64,000 nt of DNA, taken from positions 305 through 64,304 of the forward strand of contig JBJOGP010000005.1 of NCBI GenBank assembly GCA_046048175.1, in the 5' to 3' direction. This DNA comes from Bacteroidota bacterium. Its GTDB lineage: Bacteria; Bacteroidota; Bacteroidia; Chitinophagales; Chitinophagaceae. Positions within the stretch are counted from its first letter, which is position 1; each line of letters starts with the position of its first letter. This document shows, in pieces, positions 21,138 to 30,054 of the stretch. Both the position numbers and the translations under genes were made by a program. The notes below the pieces were generated by a model. The model was not told where the DNA came from. It did no database searches and saw nothing but the letters and a program-made list of their open reading frames with translations.

Positions 21138-22244
21138 ATGAGTCAGCTCCGAGAAATAGCCCTTTTCCAGTTTAAAAACTACCCAGAAAAAAGACTTACT
21201 TTTTCTAAACGAATTATTGGATTTACAGGAAAAAATGGAGTTGGGAAAACCAATCTTTTAGACGCAATACACTACCTGGGGTTAACCAAAAGCTATTTTG
21301 GCAAAACAGATTTACAATCGGTTCATTTTGGTCAGCAGGGCTTCCGTATCCAAGGAATATTTGAAAAAAATGGAAAGATCGATGAAGTGAGTTGCATATA
21401 CCGGGAAAATGGTAAAAAAGAGATTTTGATTAATGGGAACATTCTACCCCGCAACACCGAACATATTGGACAGTATCCTATTGTATTAATTGCCCCAGAT
21501 GATATTCAATTGATCACAGGAGAGAGTCGAGACCGCAGAGTATTTATTGATCAATTAATCTCACAATTGGACACATCCTACCTCCACCACTTACTCTCCT
21601 ACAACCGACTGTTACAGCAGCGTAATGCCTTGTTAAAAGAAATGGCAGCAAAAAGACTTTTTGAAGATCCACTTCTTGACGTACTAGATCAACAGTTAGT
21701 CCCCTACGGGTTATTGATATTTGAGAAGAGAAAGAAAATTTTAGAAGATTTAATCCCGCTGGCCAGGGGAATTTACCAGCAATTAGCTAGTTCGCCTGAA
21801 AAAATGAACACGGAATTACTAGGCTTGGTTTATAAAAGTGAGCTTGAAAAGACAGATTTCAGTGGGCTCTTAAAAATGAGCAGGAGTAAAGATCTATATC
21901 TCCAACGCACCACTAAAGGTGTACATCGTGATGACCTGGAATGTTTATTCCAAGACCACCCATTTAAACAGATTGCCTCACAGGGACAGCGAAAAAGCTT
22001 ATTATTTTCATTAAAATTGGCCGCTCTTCAATTATTAGACAACAACCAATCAAATCCTCCCCTTTTGTTGCTAGATGATTTTTTTGAAAAATTAGATGAT
22101 TCCAGAATAGAAAATCTTTTACAATTAGTATGTAATCAAGTTCGTTCCCAAGTATTTTTGTCTCACACCTCTTCTGAAAAACTTCATTTTCATCTCAAAA
22201 AGATTAATGTGCCTTACGAGATATTTGAAATTGCAGGCGCTTAA
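21138..22244 (+). CDS. recF: DNA replication/repair protein RecF
   Basis: FKNY, Walker A GKNGVGKTN, RR.FID, GVHRDD, ASQGQ, LLLLDD. Confidence 0.95.
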   Translation: MSQLREIALFQFKNYPEKRLTFSKRIIGFTGKNGVGKTNLLDAIHYLGLTKSYFGKTDLQSVHFGQQGFRIQGIFEKNGKIDEVSCIYRENGKKEILINGNILPRNTEHIGQYPIVLIAPDDIQLITGESRDRRVFIDQLISQLDTSYLHHLLSYNRLLQQRNALLKEMAAKRLFEDPLLDVLDQQLVPYGLLIFEKRKKILEDLIPLARGIYQQLASSPEKMNTELLGLVYKSELEKTDFSGLLKMSRSKDLYLQRTTKGVHRDDLECLFQDHPFKQIASQGQRKSLLFSLKLAALQLLDNNQSNPPLLLLDDFFEKLDDSRIENLLQLVCNQVRSQVFLSHTSSEKLHFHLKKINVPYEIFEIAGA

Positions 22245-22253
22245 CTTTGTTTT

Positions 22254-22535
22254 ATGTCCACCTACTCACTCTCAGAGGCTTTACAAGTTTTTTTAAAGGA
22301 AAGTAGAATTAAAGACGAAATGCTTGCCTTGCAAATTCAAGATGCCTGGGAGACTATTATGGGTAAAACCATTGCTCGCTACACTGACCAAGTTCGAATA
22401 CACGGAAATAAATTACATATCCATACCAAAGTAGGCCCCCTTCGAAATGAATTAATTTATCAACGTGAAACTGTGATACAAAAAGTAAATGCCTTTTTGG
22501 GATCGGTAATTGTCAACGAAGTGGTAGTACACTAA
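22254..22535 (+). CDS. DUF721/DciA-family protein
   Basis: W..IMG..IA.YT...LR.EL pattern; directly after recF. Confidence 0.85.
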   Translation: MSTYSLSEALQVFLKESRIKDEMLALQIQDAWETIMGKTIARYTDQVRIHGNKLHIHTKVGPLRNELIYQRETVIQKVNAFLGSVIVNEVVVH

Positions 22536-22541
22536 GTTAGC

Positions 22542-23633
22542 CTAGAAGTCGACTGCAGCTTTTTTTCTAACAACTTTGCCTTTCGAGAGTAAATAGATAC
22601 AAGGACTTGTCCTGGCAGCTGTTTGTATTGTTTTTAAGTCACATTTAAAAACTGGCCAACCGGAAAAACGCGAAGAGGAAAGTAATTTTCGCGTTTCTTC
22701 AAACTGGGCTGTAACGATAAAAACAGGAATGGCAGGGTAATACTCTTGTAAGGAAAGGCGGTCTAATGCAGAAAAGTTTTCTTTTAAATCAGTTGTCTTT
22801 TCGGAAAAAATTAAAATTGCAGAAGGCAACTGAAGAATAATATCCGTTGAATCAATATTGGTAACACCGGTAAGATAAAAGCCTTTAATGGGGGGCTCCA
22901 TGTTCTTTCCTTTTCTAATAATTTGGTCTTCTCGTTTTACGAACCTGTACGTTTCGCTATTAAAATCGGAAGGAAAATCACTGGCGGCAAAACGAACTAA
23001 CTCCCTTCCCTTTTGGTAAGTAAAATAGATGACAGTGCTATCAGGTACAGCATTTGAAGGAACTTTTCTTCCTTCTATTAAATCCGCACCTTCTTTAAAT
23101 GGAAGACAATCTAAAATGGGAAGATGCGCCAACAGATAAATTTGAAGTAAGACGATTAGGAACCCAGAAAAGAAACTGTAAAAACCACTATACGAAAGAA
23201 TGGGCTTGGACGAGGGGTCTTTCTTATGAATGAATATGTAAATAAGTAGCAAAAGCGTCAAAGCCACATCTTTGAAAAATGAAATTTGTGGAGTTAAGGG
23301 TAGACAATCTCCAAAACAACCACAATTCTTAGGCAACCCGGTCCAATAGGTATAGCCCGTTAAAAAAGTAAAAAAAAGCACTAAACCTAAAATCGCTTGA
23401 TTCGTAAAAGAAGGTTTCCACTTTAAAAAAAGTGCAACACCCAAAACAATTTCAGCAGTATTTAAAACAACTGCGAGGTATAACGTGTAATCATTCAAGC
23501 CATAAACGCCCCAAACCTCAAAAAATTCTTGCATTTTAAAACTAAGACCTTTTGGGTCATTAGCTTTAATGAGACCAGAAAAAACAAATAAAATGCTTAC
23601 AAAATAGCGTATGAAAAGACGGATCCCCCTCAT
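22542..23633 (-). CDS. BT_3928-like DoxX/MauE membrane protein with thioredoxin-like C-terminus
   Basis: FSGLIKANDPKG, E..LG, CGCFGD, SFFKD, HLPILDCLPF. Confidence 0.82.
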   Translation of the reverse strand: MRGIRLFIRYFVSILFVFSGLIKANDPKGLSFKMQEFFEVWGVYGLNDYTLYLAVVLNTAEIVLGVALFLKWKPSFTNQAILGLVLFFTFLTGYTYWTGLPKNCGCFGDCLPLTPQISFFKDVALTLLLLIYIFIHKKDPSSKPILSYSGFYSFFSGFLIVLLQIYLLAHLPILDCLPFKEGADLIEGRKVPSNAVPDSTVIYFTYQKGRELVRFAASDFPSDFNSETYRFVKREDQIIRKGKNMEPPIKGFYLTGVTNIDSTDIILQLPSAILIFSEKTTDLKENFSALDRLSLQEYYPAIPVFIVTAQFEETRKLLSSSRFSGWPVFKCDLKTIQTAARTSPCIYLLSKGKVVRKKAAVDF

Positions 23634-24160
23634 AGTAGAATCAAAGCAAATACGGCGTAATTAATAATGTCCAAATAATTAGCATCTATACCTTCGCTAA
23701 TAATAGTTTTACCGTCGTTGGCAAGTATCTGCTTGATTCGCTGTAGTTTCATTAAGATAAGATCAACAAAACTTTCCTGACTCATATCTCGCCAAGCTTC
23801 TCCGTAATCATGATTCTTATTTAGCATCAAGGACTTTGCTTTATTAATTTCCAAGTCATACAAAGAAGATAACTCTGTGACAGGAATTTCCTCTTTTCCC
23901 TGAGCCGGAAGCTGAAGTTGTAATAAGCCAATCACTCCATAATTAATAATTCCTTTGAACTCTGCAGCAATATCATCATCAACAAGTTGCTTACCCTTTT
24001 GCTGAATTGTTCTAATCCGTTGTGCTTTTATAAAAAGCTGGTCAACCACAGAAATGGTTCGAAGGACTCTCCAGGATGTGCCGTAATCGGACGCTTTTTT
24101 AATAAAAACATCCTTACAGCCAGTCACAACCTGATCATACTGTAAGGATGTTTCACTCAT
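23630..24160 (-). CDS. DUF1599 domain protein (two copies of the domain)
   Basis: K..DYGTSWR...IKAQRIR and KNHDYGEAWR...KLQRIKQ...DIINYAVF. Confidence 0.88.
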   Translation of the reverse strand: MSETSLQYDQVVTGCKDVFIKKASDYGTSWRVLRTISVVDQLFIKAQRIRTIQQKGKQLVDDDIAAEFKGIINYGVIGLLQLQLPAQGKEEIPVTELSSLYDLEINKAKSLMLNKNHDYGEAWRDMSQESFVDLILMKLQRIKQILANDGKTIISEGIDANYLDIINYAVFALILL

Positions 24161-24198
24161 ACGAAAGCGATATTAAGAGAGGGTTAGTTCAGTTTAAT

Positions 24199-25092
24199 CT
24201 ACTTAGCAGGATCTGGTGCTTTTGCCTGCACATCTAATACAGTTACTTCAAACAACAAATGGTCATAGGGTTTGATAGGGCCACCTGGAGGAGGTGCAGC
24301 ACCATAACCTAACATAGAAGGAATGTATATAGTAGCCTTGCCCCCTTTCTTCAAAAAAGGCATTGCATCGTCAAATCCTTTGATCATCTGGCCCACCCCA
24401 ACTGAAAAACGAAGTGGTTCCATATGTTTAAAAGTTGAATCAGTGTTGCTATCAAAAACTTTACCTGCAAATGTTTTGCCGGTGTAATTCACAGATACAT
24501 ATTCTCCTTTTTTGATAAAATCACCATTTCCAGGTTCTGTTATCTCTACGTATGCCCCAGCAGGAGTCCGTTGAATGCTTGAAAGTTTTGCACCAATGAA
24601 TTTTTCAACTTCTCCTTTTTCTCTGGCTGCGTAAGCATCATTTTCTTTTTTCTCATCAATAGTTTTTAGGCTATCATTTTCAAAAATGCCTAACACTTTT
24701 ATGTAAGTAAGAATTCGATCACCCTTTTTGAATTCAGGTGGTAGATTTCCAGCAGGAAGACGTTTTAAAAATGTGTCCATCATTTGTGTAGCAGCTACAG
24801 AGTCGCCTACATGCAGGAGCGTCCATAATTCTGAAATGTCATAAGGCTGAGATTGTGGAGCAATTGGGATGTATAAGGGCAGACGATTACCTGTAGTGAA
24901 ATAAACACTATCGTTGATTTGTTGGGTAAGGGTAAGTTTGATGTAGTTTCCTACTCTTGCTTGTTGTGTATCCTTACTCCTAAAAAGTTGATAAGGCATT
25001 CCACCAGGGGTTTTTTGAAACGCAGGCCCCTTACAGGACACAAAAAGAGCAGTGCTAATTAAAAGAATAGCAAACCGAATTGATGTTGACAT
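24199..25092 (-). CDS. FKBP-type peptidyl-prolyl isomerase, lipoprotein
   Basis: Lipobox LFVSC; VNYTG..F.GKVFDS, MIKGFD, IPS.LGYG, L.FEV. Confidence 0.9.
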   Translation of the reverse strand: MSTSIRFAILLISTALFVSCKGPAFQKTPGGMPYQLFRSKDTQQARVGNYIKLTLTQQINDSVYFTTGNRLPLYIPIAPQSQPYDISELWTLLHVGDSVAATQMMDTFLKRLPAGNLPPEFKKGDRILTYIKVLGIFENDSLKTIDEKKENDAYAAREKGEVEKFIGAKLSSIQRTPAGAYVEITEPGNGDFIKKGEYVSVNYTGKTFAGKVFDSNTDSTFKHMEPLRFSVGVGQMIKGFDDAMPFLKKGGKATIYIPSMLGYGAAPPPGGPIKPYDHLLFEVTVLDVQAKAPDPAK

Positions 25093-25102
25093 AGTTGGTT
25101 AA

Positions 25103-26107
25103 TTAATGTAGAGATTGTTGTGATTTTAATACCTCTTTAAAACGTGCCACTGCGGCTTCTAGGGATTCACTACTTCTGCCCCCAGCAGCGTTATAGTGTC
25201 CTCCCCCTTCAAAGTAGGTTCTGGCAAATGTATTGCAATCAAAGGAACCTTTACTACGAAAACTCCATTTTCTTTCCTCATCTCGGTCAATTACCAGTGC
25301 CACAAACTTAATTCCTTGAATGGATTGTGGATAGTTCACTAATCCTTCTGTGTCACCTGTTTTGATATGGAATTTTAGAAGATCAGATTTGGGAATAGAT
25401 ATCAGAGCCGTATTATATTCATAGAAAATTTCCATCCGGTTTAATAGAACATGTCCAATAAAACGAAGTCTGTTTTCCAGAAAATTATCATAAAGTCCCT
25501 CGTGAATTTTTCCATGATCCAATCCTCTTCTTTTTAAATCTGCAACGATTGAATGTACCCCTGCATGGGCCGATGAAAAACGAAAAGATCCAGTATCCCC
25601 TACCAATCCTGCATAGATGCACTCCGCCATAGCTGTATCAAGAAGTTCAAGTCCGTTAGTGGCAGCTATAAAATCATAGATCATTTCACAAGTAGAACTT
25701 TTTGATGTATCACTAATACCGTATTCAAAAGAAGCCACATCGGGTTCTTGATGATGATCGATTAGAATTTTAGTGCAAGAAAGACTTGACAATTTCAGAG
25801 CCATTGATTTTGTGCGATGGAAAGCATTAAAATCAAGACAGAAAAGCCAATCAGCATTATCCAATACTAGATCTGCTTTAGCAGTTTGTTGCTCGTAATT
25901 TAATACCTGATCCGCCCCATTCATCCAACCTATCCAGCCTGCCCAATTTGTTGGTGAAATAACTGTTACACGATGCCCCTTTTTTGTTAGATAATGGAAT
26001 AGGGATAAGGAGGAACCCATTGCATCCGCATCTGGCTTTTGGTGAGTGGTGATGACAATGTTACGTGGGGTATCTAAGGACTGATAAAGGGCTGAAATTG
26101 GTTTCAT
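25103..26107 (-). CDS. nrnA: DHH/DHHA1 phosphoesterase (NrnA-like nanoRNase/pAp phosphatase)
   Basis: HQKPDADAMGS, LDF, IDHH, GDTGSF, SFRS, GGGHYNAAG; start at ATG 26107. Confidence 0.9.
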   Translation of the reverse strand: MKPISALYQSLDTPRNIVITTHQKPDADAMGSSLSLFHYLTKKGHRVTVISPTNWAGWIGWMNGADQVLNYEQQTAKADLVLDNADWLFCLDFNAFHRTKSMALKLSSLSCTKILIDHHQEPDVASFEYGISDTSKSSTCEMIYDFIAATNGLELLDTAMAECIYAGLVGDTGSFRFSSAHAGVHSIVADLKRRGLDHGKIHEGLYDNFLENRLRFIGHVLLNRMEIFYEYNTALISIPKSDLLKFHIKTGDTEGLVNYPQSIQGIKFVALVIDRDEERKWSFRSKGSFDCNTFARTYFEGGGHYNAAGGRSSESLEAAVARFKEVLKSQQSLH

Positions 26108-26115
26108 CGATGTAT

Positions 26116-26145
26116 CAAAGGTATGAAAAGATCCACTTACCTTTG
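26116..26145. promoter_or_regulatory. Back-to-back identical TACCTTTG -7 boxes for nrnA (minus, 26116-26123) and ndk (plus, 26138-26145)
   Basis: CAAAGGTA-N14-TACCTTTG inverted repeat in a 58-nt gap. Confidence 0.75.
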
Positions 26146-26165
26146 CGCCGCTAAAACACATCAAA

Positions 26166-26582
26166 ATGAGCAACCGTACTTTTACTATGATTAAGCCCGA
26201 TGCTTTCAAAAAGGGCTATAGCGGAGCAATTCTAGACCGCATCATCAAGGAAGGATTTCAACTTAAAGCTTTAAAATTATTGAAGCTTTCAAAAGAAAAA
26301 GCTGGTGAATTTTATGCGGTACACCGTGAGCGCCCCTTTTATGGTGAATTAGTTGAATTCATGAGTAGCGGTCCCATCATTGCTGCCGTTTTAGAAAAAG
26401 ATAATGCAGTTGAAGATTTTAGAAAACTGATTGGCGCAACCAATCCAGCTGCTGCTGAAGAAGGCACAATCCGCAAATTGTATGCTAGTTCAGTTGGAGA
26501 AAATGCCATCCACGGAAGTGATAGCAATGAAAATGCTGCTATTGAGTCTTCCTTTATGTTCTCTGGACTGGAGCAGTGTTAA
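26166..26582 (+). CDS. ndk: Nucleoside diphosphate kinase
   Basis: [29 protein letters not shown] (catalytic His). Confidence 0.97.
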   Translation: MSNRTFTMIKPDAFKKGYSGAILDRIIKEGFQLKALKLLKLSKEKAGEFYAVHRERPFYGELVEFMSSGPIIAAVLEKDNAVEDFRKLIGATNPAAAEEGTIRKLYASSVGENAIHGSDSNENAAIESSFMFSGLEQC

Positions 26583-26589
26583 GATTCGA

Positions 26590-27054
26590 TTAGTTACGAA
26601 GCTTAATTACAATTTTCGTGTCAGCTTTTTTTATTTCAAAACTGGCACGTTGAAAACTGGGTGGCCCGGCAATTCCTAACTTGTTGTTGGAGAAACCAAA
26701 TCCTTCGGAAGGAATTCCGAGTAAGTTTGTATTCATTTTTCCATCTCCGTTTTCATCATGCAATACTGCTATTGCATAAGTGCCTGGCGCAATTGAACTC
26801 CACTCGAGGGTGACAGCATCTCGTTGTGCCTTAGCTACCCTCTTACTATACGCGAGTTGAGGAACATCGGGAAAACCATTTGCCTGATTGTACAAACTTA
26901 CAAGAAGTACACCCGACGAACTTTTTATGCCGTTTATTTCAACTTGTAGTTTGACCGGTACCTTCTCTTGAGTGGCTTTTACAGGAAGAAATAAAGCAAC
27001 AAAAAGAAAAAGTATTAAAAAAAGTTTAAGCGCCCACGACAGCTTCTTCCCCAT
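26590..27054 (-). CDS. DUF2141 domain exported protein
   Basis: Signal peptide; GTYAIAVLHDENGDGKM..N.LGIPSEGFGFSNN...GPPSF. Confidence 0.88.
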   Translation of the reverse strand: MGKKLSWALKLFLILFLFVALFLPVKATQEKVPVKLQVEINGIKSSSGVLLVSLYNQANGFPDVPQLAYSKRVAKAQRDAVTLEWSSIAPGTYAIAVLHDENGDGKMNTNLLGIPSEGFGFSNNKLGIAGPPSFQRASFEIKKADTKIVIKLRN

Positions 27055-28945
27055 AGAGTTGGGATTTATATTTAAGTGATGGAGATGGTATGAAAGGGCC
27101 TATTCCTAATGCATTCCACTTTTCGTCTACCTTTTTTATTGTGTCATCATCTGCCACAATGATATTTGGCCAATCTCTTTGAAAATTATCCAATTCTTTG
27201 GTTTTACGAGTACCATCTAATCCCAAGCATGCTACATAAGGATAAGAGTCGGATTGAAACAAATGAGAATCTCTTTTGGGATCTAGATTATTACAGAAAC
27301 GCCAGAGACTTGTCGGTAAATCTGAAGGTTCAACAGTATGCTCCACATACAAGATCATTTTAATTGCTTGCATGTTTGCGCCTGCAGCAATTGAATGATG
27401 AAGTTGTCGGATATGGCCTGGCTTTTCTTTCTTAACAGATAGAATTATACAAGAAATACCTTTATCGAGTAACCCTGCAAATACTGCTTTGATTTCTGGA
27501 TATTGCTGTAGCAATTGTTCTTCAATTTCTTTAGATGCAGGAAGTGATTTAGGATTCCTATAATTTTCATCTACCTCCTCTTCTAATTTCTTTGTACCAT
27601 CCACACACATTTTTCCGCCAAATCCTAACTTAGAACAGCTGTGATCCAACACATCCATCGGTCCTGTTGAAAAACTAATATCAGTAGCAGGATTAAGATT
27701 GGAAAATACATACTGAGCAAGCGATAAATAGTCTTGGATCTTTACCCCCTGGTCTGCAAGCACCAGAATCTTGTTGAACATCATTTGCCCGGCTCCCCAC
27801 ATTGCATTCATCACTTTTTGCCCTTGTCCTGGATATTCTTTATCGATTTGCGTAGTAACTAGATTGTGAAAGACTCCCTCTACAGGCATATCCATGTCTT
27901 TTATCTCTGGAACCATCGTCATTTTGATTGGAGCCAGAAAAATACGTTCAGTGGCTTTTCCTAGCCAAGCATCCTCCTGAGGAGGAATGCCTACTATAGT
28001 TGCAGGGTATATTGCATTTTTTTTATGCGTGATAGCAGTTACATGAAAACGTGGATACCAGTCAGGTAAGGAATAGTATCCTGTATGATCACCAAAGGGG
28101 CCTTCCCAGATTAAGTCCTCAGCGGGATCCACATAGCCCTCGATTATAAAATCAGCATCGGCCGGTACTTCAATATCAGGTTGCGATATACATTTCACCA
28201 ATTCAACTTTCTTTTTTCGTAAAAACCCAGCTAACATGTACTCGTCTACATTTTCAGGTAATGGAGCTGTTGCACTATAGGCGTATACAGGATCTCCTCC
28301 TAATGCTACAGCAACGGGCATCAGTTTCCCACTTTTTTTGTAGGCGGAAAAATGCTTTGCACTCACTTTATGTTTATGCCAGTGCATTCCAGTTAATGTA
28401 GGCCCAAACACTTGCATTCGATACATCCCTACATTTCTACTTTGCGTTTCTGGATCTTTTGTATGAATAACAGGAAGGGTGATAAAGGGTCCTCCATCTT
28501 TTGGCCAGCAGGTCAAAACAGGAATCATGGAAAGATCAGGGTTCTCTATTATACACTCCTGACAAGCTCCTTTACCCTTCATTACTTTAGGCATCCAACT
28601 CGCAAATTGGCCTAGCTTGGGTAACAACTTGAGTTTATCAATTATATTCTCTTTTGGAGAAGACAATAGTTGAAACAACTCTTCTATTTCTTTTGCCACA
28701 GCATCTAAATGATCTACGCCCAGCGCCATGCACATGCGTCGTTCACTCCCATATGCGTTCATCAAAACTGGAAAATTGGTACCGGTATTCTCAAACAAAA
28801 GCGCCTTTCCCCCACCTCCAGATTTACTTACCCTATCAGTTATTTCTGCTATTTCCAGTTTCGGATCAACAAACTCTTTGATACGAACCAATTCGCCACT
28901 TTCTTCCAAAGCCTTAATGAATTCAAGTTGATTTTTCCAGGCCAT
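27026..28945 (-). CDS. UbiD-family decarboxylase (menaquinone biosynthesis/futalosine-pathway type)
   Basis: LEIAEI, ALLFEN, WPKDGGPFIT, RNVGMYR, EGPFGDHTGYY, GPMDVLDH; duplicated C-terminal segment. Confidence 0.9.
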   Translation of the reverse strand: MAWKNQLEFIKALEESGELVRIKEFVDPKLEIAEITDRVSKSGGGGKALLFENTGTNFPVLMNAYGSERRMCMALGVDHLDAVAKEIEELFQLLSSPKENIIDKLKLLPKLGQFASWMPKVMKGKGACQECIIENPDLSMIPVLTCWPKDGGPFITLPVIHTKDPETQSRNVGMYRMQVFGPTLTGMHWHKHKVSAKHFSAYKKSGKLMPVAVALGGDPVYAYSATAPLPENVDEYMLAGFLRKKKVELVKCISQPDIEVPADADFIIEGYVDPAEDLIWEGPFGDHTGYYSLPDWYPRFHVTAITHKKNAIYPATIVGIPPQEDAWLGKATERIFLAPIKMTMVPEIKDMDMPVEGVFHNLVTTQIDKEYPGQGQKVMNAMWGAGQMMFNKILVLADQGVKIQDYLSLAQYVFSNLNPATDISFSTGPMDVLDHSCSKLGFGGKMCVDGTKKLEEEVDENYRNPKSLPASKEIEEQLLQQYPEIKAVFAGLLDKGISCIILSVKKEKPGHIRQLHHSIAAGANMQAIKMILYVEHTVEPSDLPTSLWRFCNNLDPKRDSHLFQSDSYPYVACLGLDGTRKTKELDNFQRDWPNIIVADDDTIKKVDEKWNALGIGPFIPSPSLKYKSQLYGEEAVVGA

Positions 28946-28983
28946 CTTATATTTTTTACAACTTCTTAAACAGTTTATTGGTC

Positions 28984-30018
28984 TTAATGTTCACTATTGA
29001 TTAGTCCGGTAAAGTGAATTCCAAGCCCAGCTTGATTTGAAAGTATAACACGACCATTATCAAATTGAAGACCTGCCGCTAGATCTTGTTCTAACAACAA
29101 GGGACCATCCATGTCTAAGGCATCTGCCAATGGATGGAGCTGCGCTAATGCTGCGGAACCTATTGTTGATTCGTTCATACTCCCAAGCATTACTTGCAAA
29201 CCTAAATTACGCGCCTCTGTAATCATTCGTTTTGCGGGAGTAATACCACCACACTTTGTCAATTTAATATTGATCCCATTAAAAAAGAGCGCACATTTAA
29301 CTACGTCTTTTTCTGAAACACAACTTTCATCTGCAAAAAGAGGAATCAAATTCATTTCTTTTAAAATGCGCATTCCCTCCCAATCATCTTTCGCAAGTGG
29401 CTGCTCAATCAATTCTACACCCAGCTCCTTTAATTTTGGAATCAAGACCAATGCCTCATCAAGGGTCCATCCAGCATTTGCATCCACACGAAAAGGTTTA
29501 TCGGATTTTGTACGCAAAAAAGACAGAAGGTTAAGATCATCAGGAGTGCCAACTTTGATTTTATAGATGGGCCAGTCGCGTTCTTGCATTTTAATTGCCA
29601 TTTTCGCTGCAGCGTCTATTCCAATGGTGTAGTCGGTTTTAGGCCCCTCTTGATTACTGATACCCCAAATCGATTGTAAAGATTTATTTTTCATTTTTCC
29701 AAACAAATCCCATCCCGCAATATCTAAAGCCGCAATTAGAAAATTTGAGCCAGGTATCAAGTGATGTAAATAATGCCAATAACGCTCAGGATCAGTAAAC
29801 GCGAATTTTTCTATACCCAATTTTTTACTTTCCAAAAGAGCAGTCATCTTTTCTAGCGAACTTTCTGGATAATACGAAATGGAGGGGGCCTCCCCATATC
29901 CTTTCCAATTCCCTAATGACAATTCAACAATTAGCGTGGGTTGATGAGTTTTAGTTCCCTTTGAAATTGTGAAAGGATAACGAAATTTAAGTTGGTGCGT
30001 CCAGTAGCGAACCTGCAT
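28984..30018 (-). CDS. Dipeptide (L-Ala-D/L-Glu) epimerase, enolase superfamily
   Basis: PFTISKG, GYGEA, YKIK, RVDAN, IEQP, ADES, NIKLTKCGG, DMDG. Confidence 0.9.
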   Translation of the reverse strand: MQVRYWTHQLKFRYPFTISKGTKTHQPTLIVELSLGNWKGYGEAPSISYYPESSLEKMTALLESKKLGIEKFAFTDPERYWHYLHHLIPGSNFLIAALDIAGWDLFGKMKNKSLQSIWGISNQEGPKTDYTIGIDAAAKMAIKMQERDWPIYKIKVGTPDDLNLLSFLRTKSDKPFRVDANAGWTLDEALVLIPKLKELGVELIEQPLAKDDWEGMRILKEMNLIPLFADESCVSEKDVVKCALFFNGINIKLTKCGGITPAKRMITEARNLGLQVMLGSMNESTIGSAALAQLHPLADALDMDGPLLLEQDLAAGLQFDNGRVILSNQAGLGIHFTGLINSEH

Positions 30019-30054
30019 AAGATGATTTATGCAAAGATAATTCGAGGAATCATG

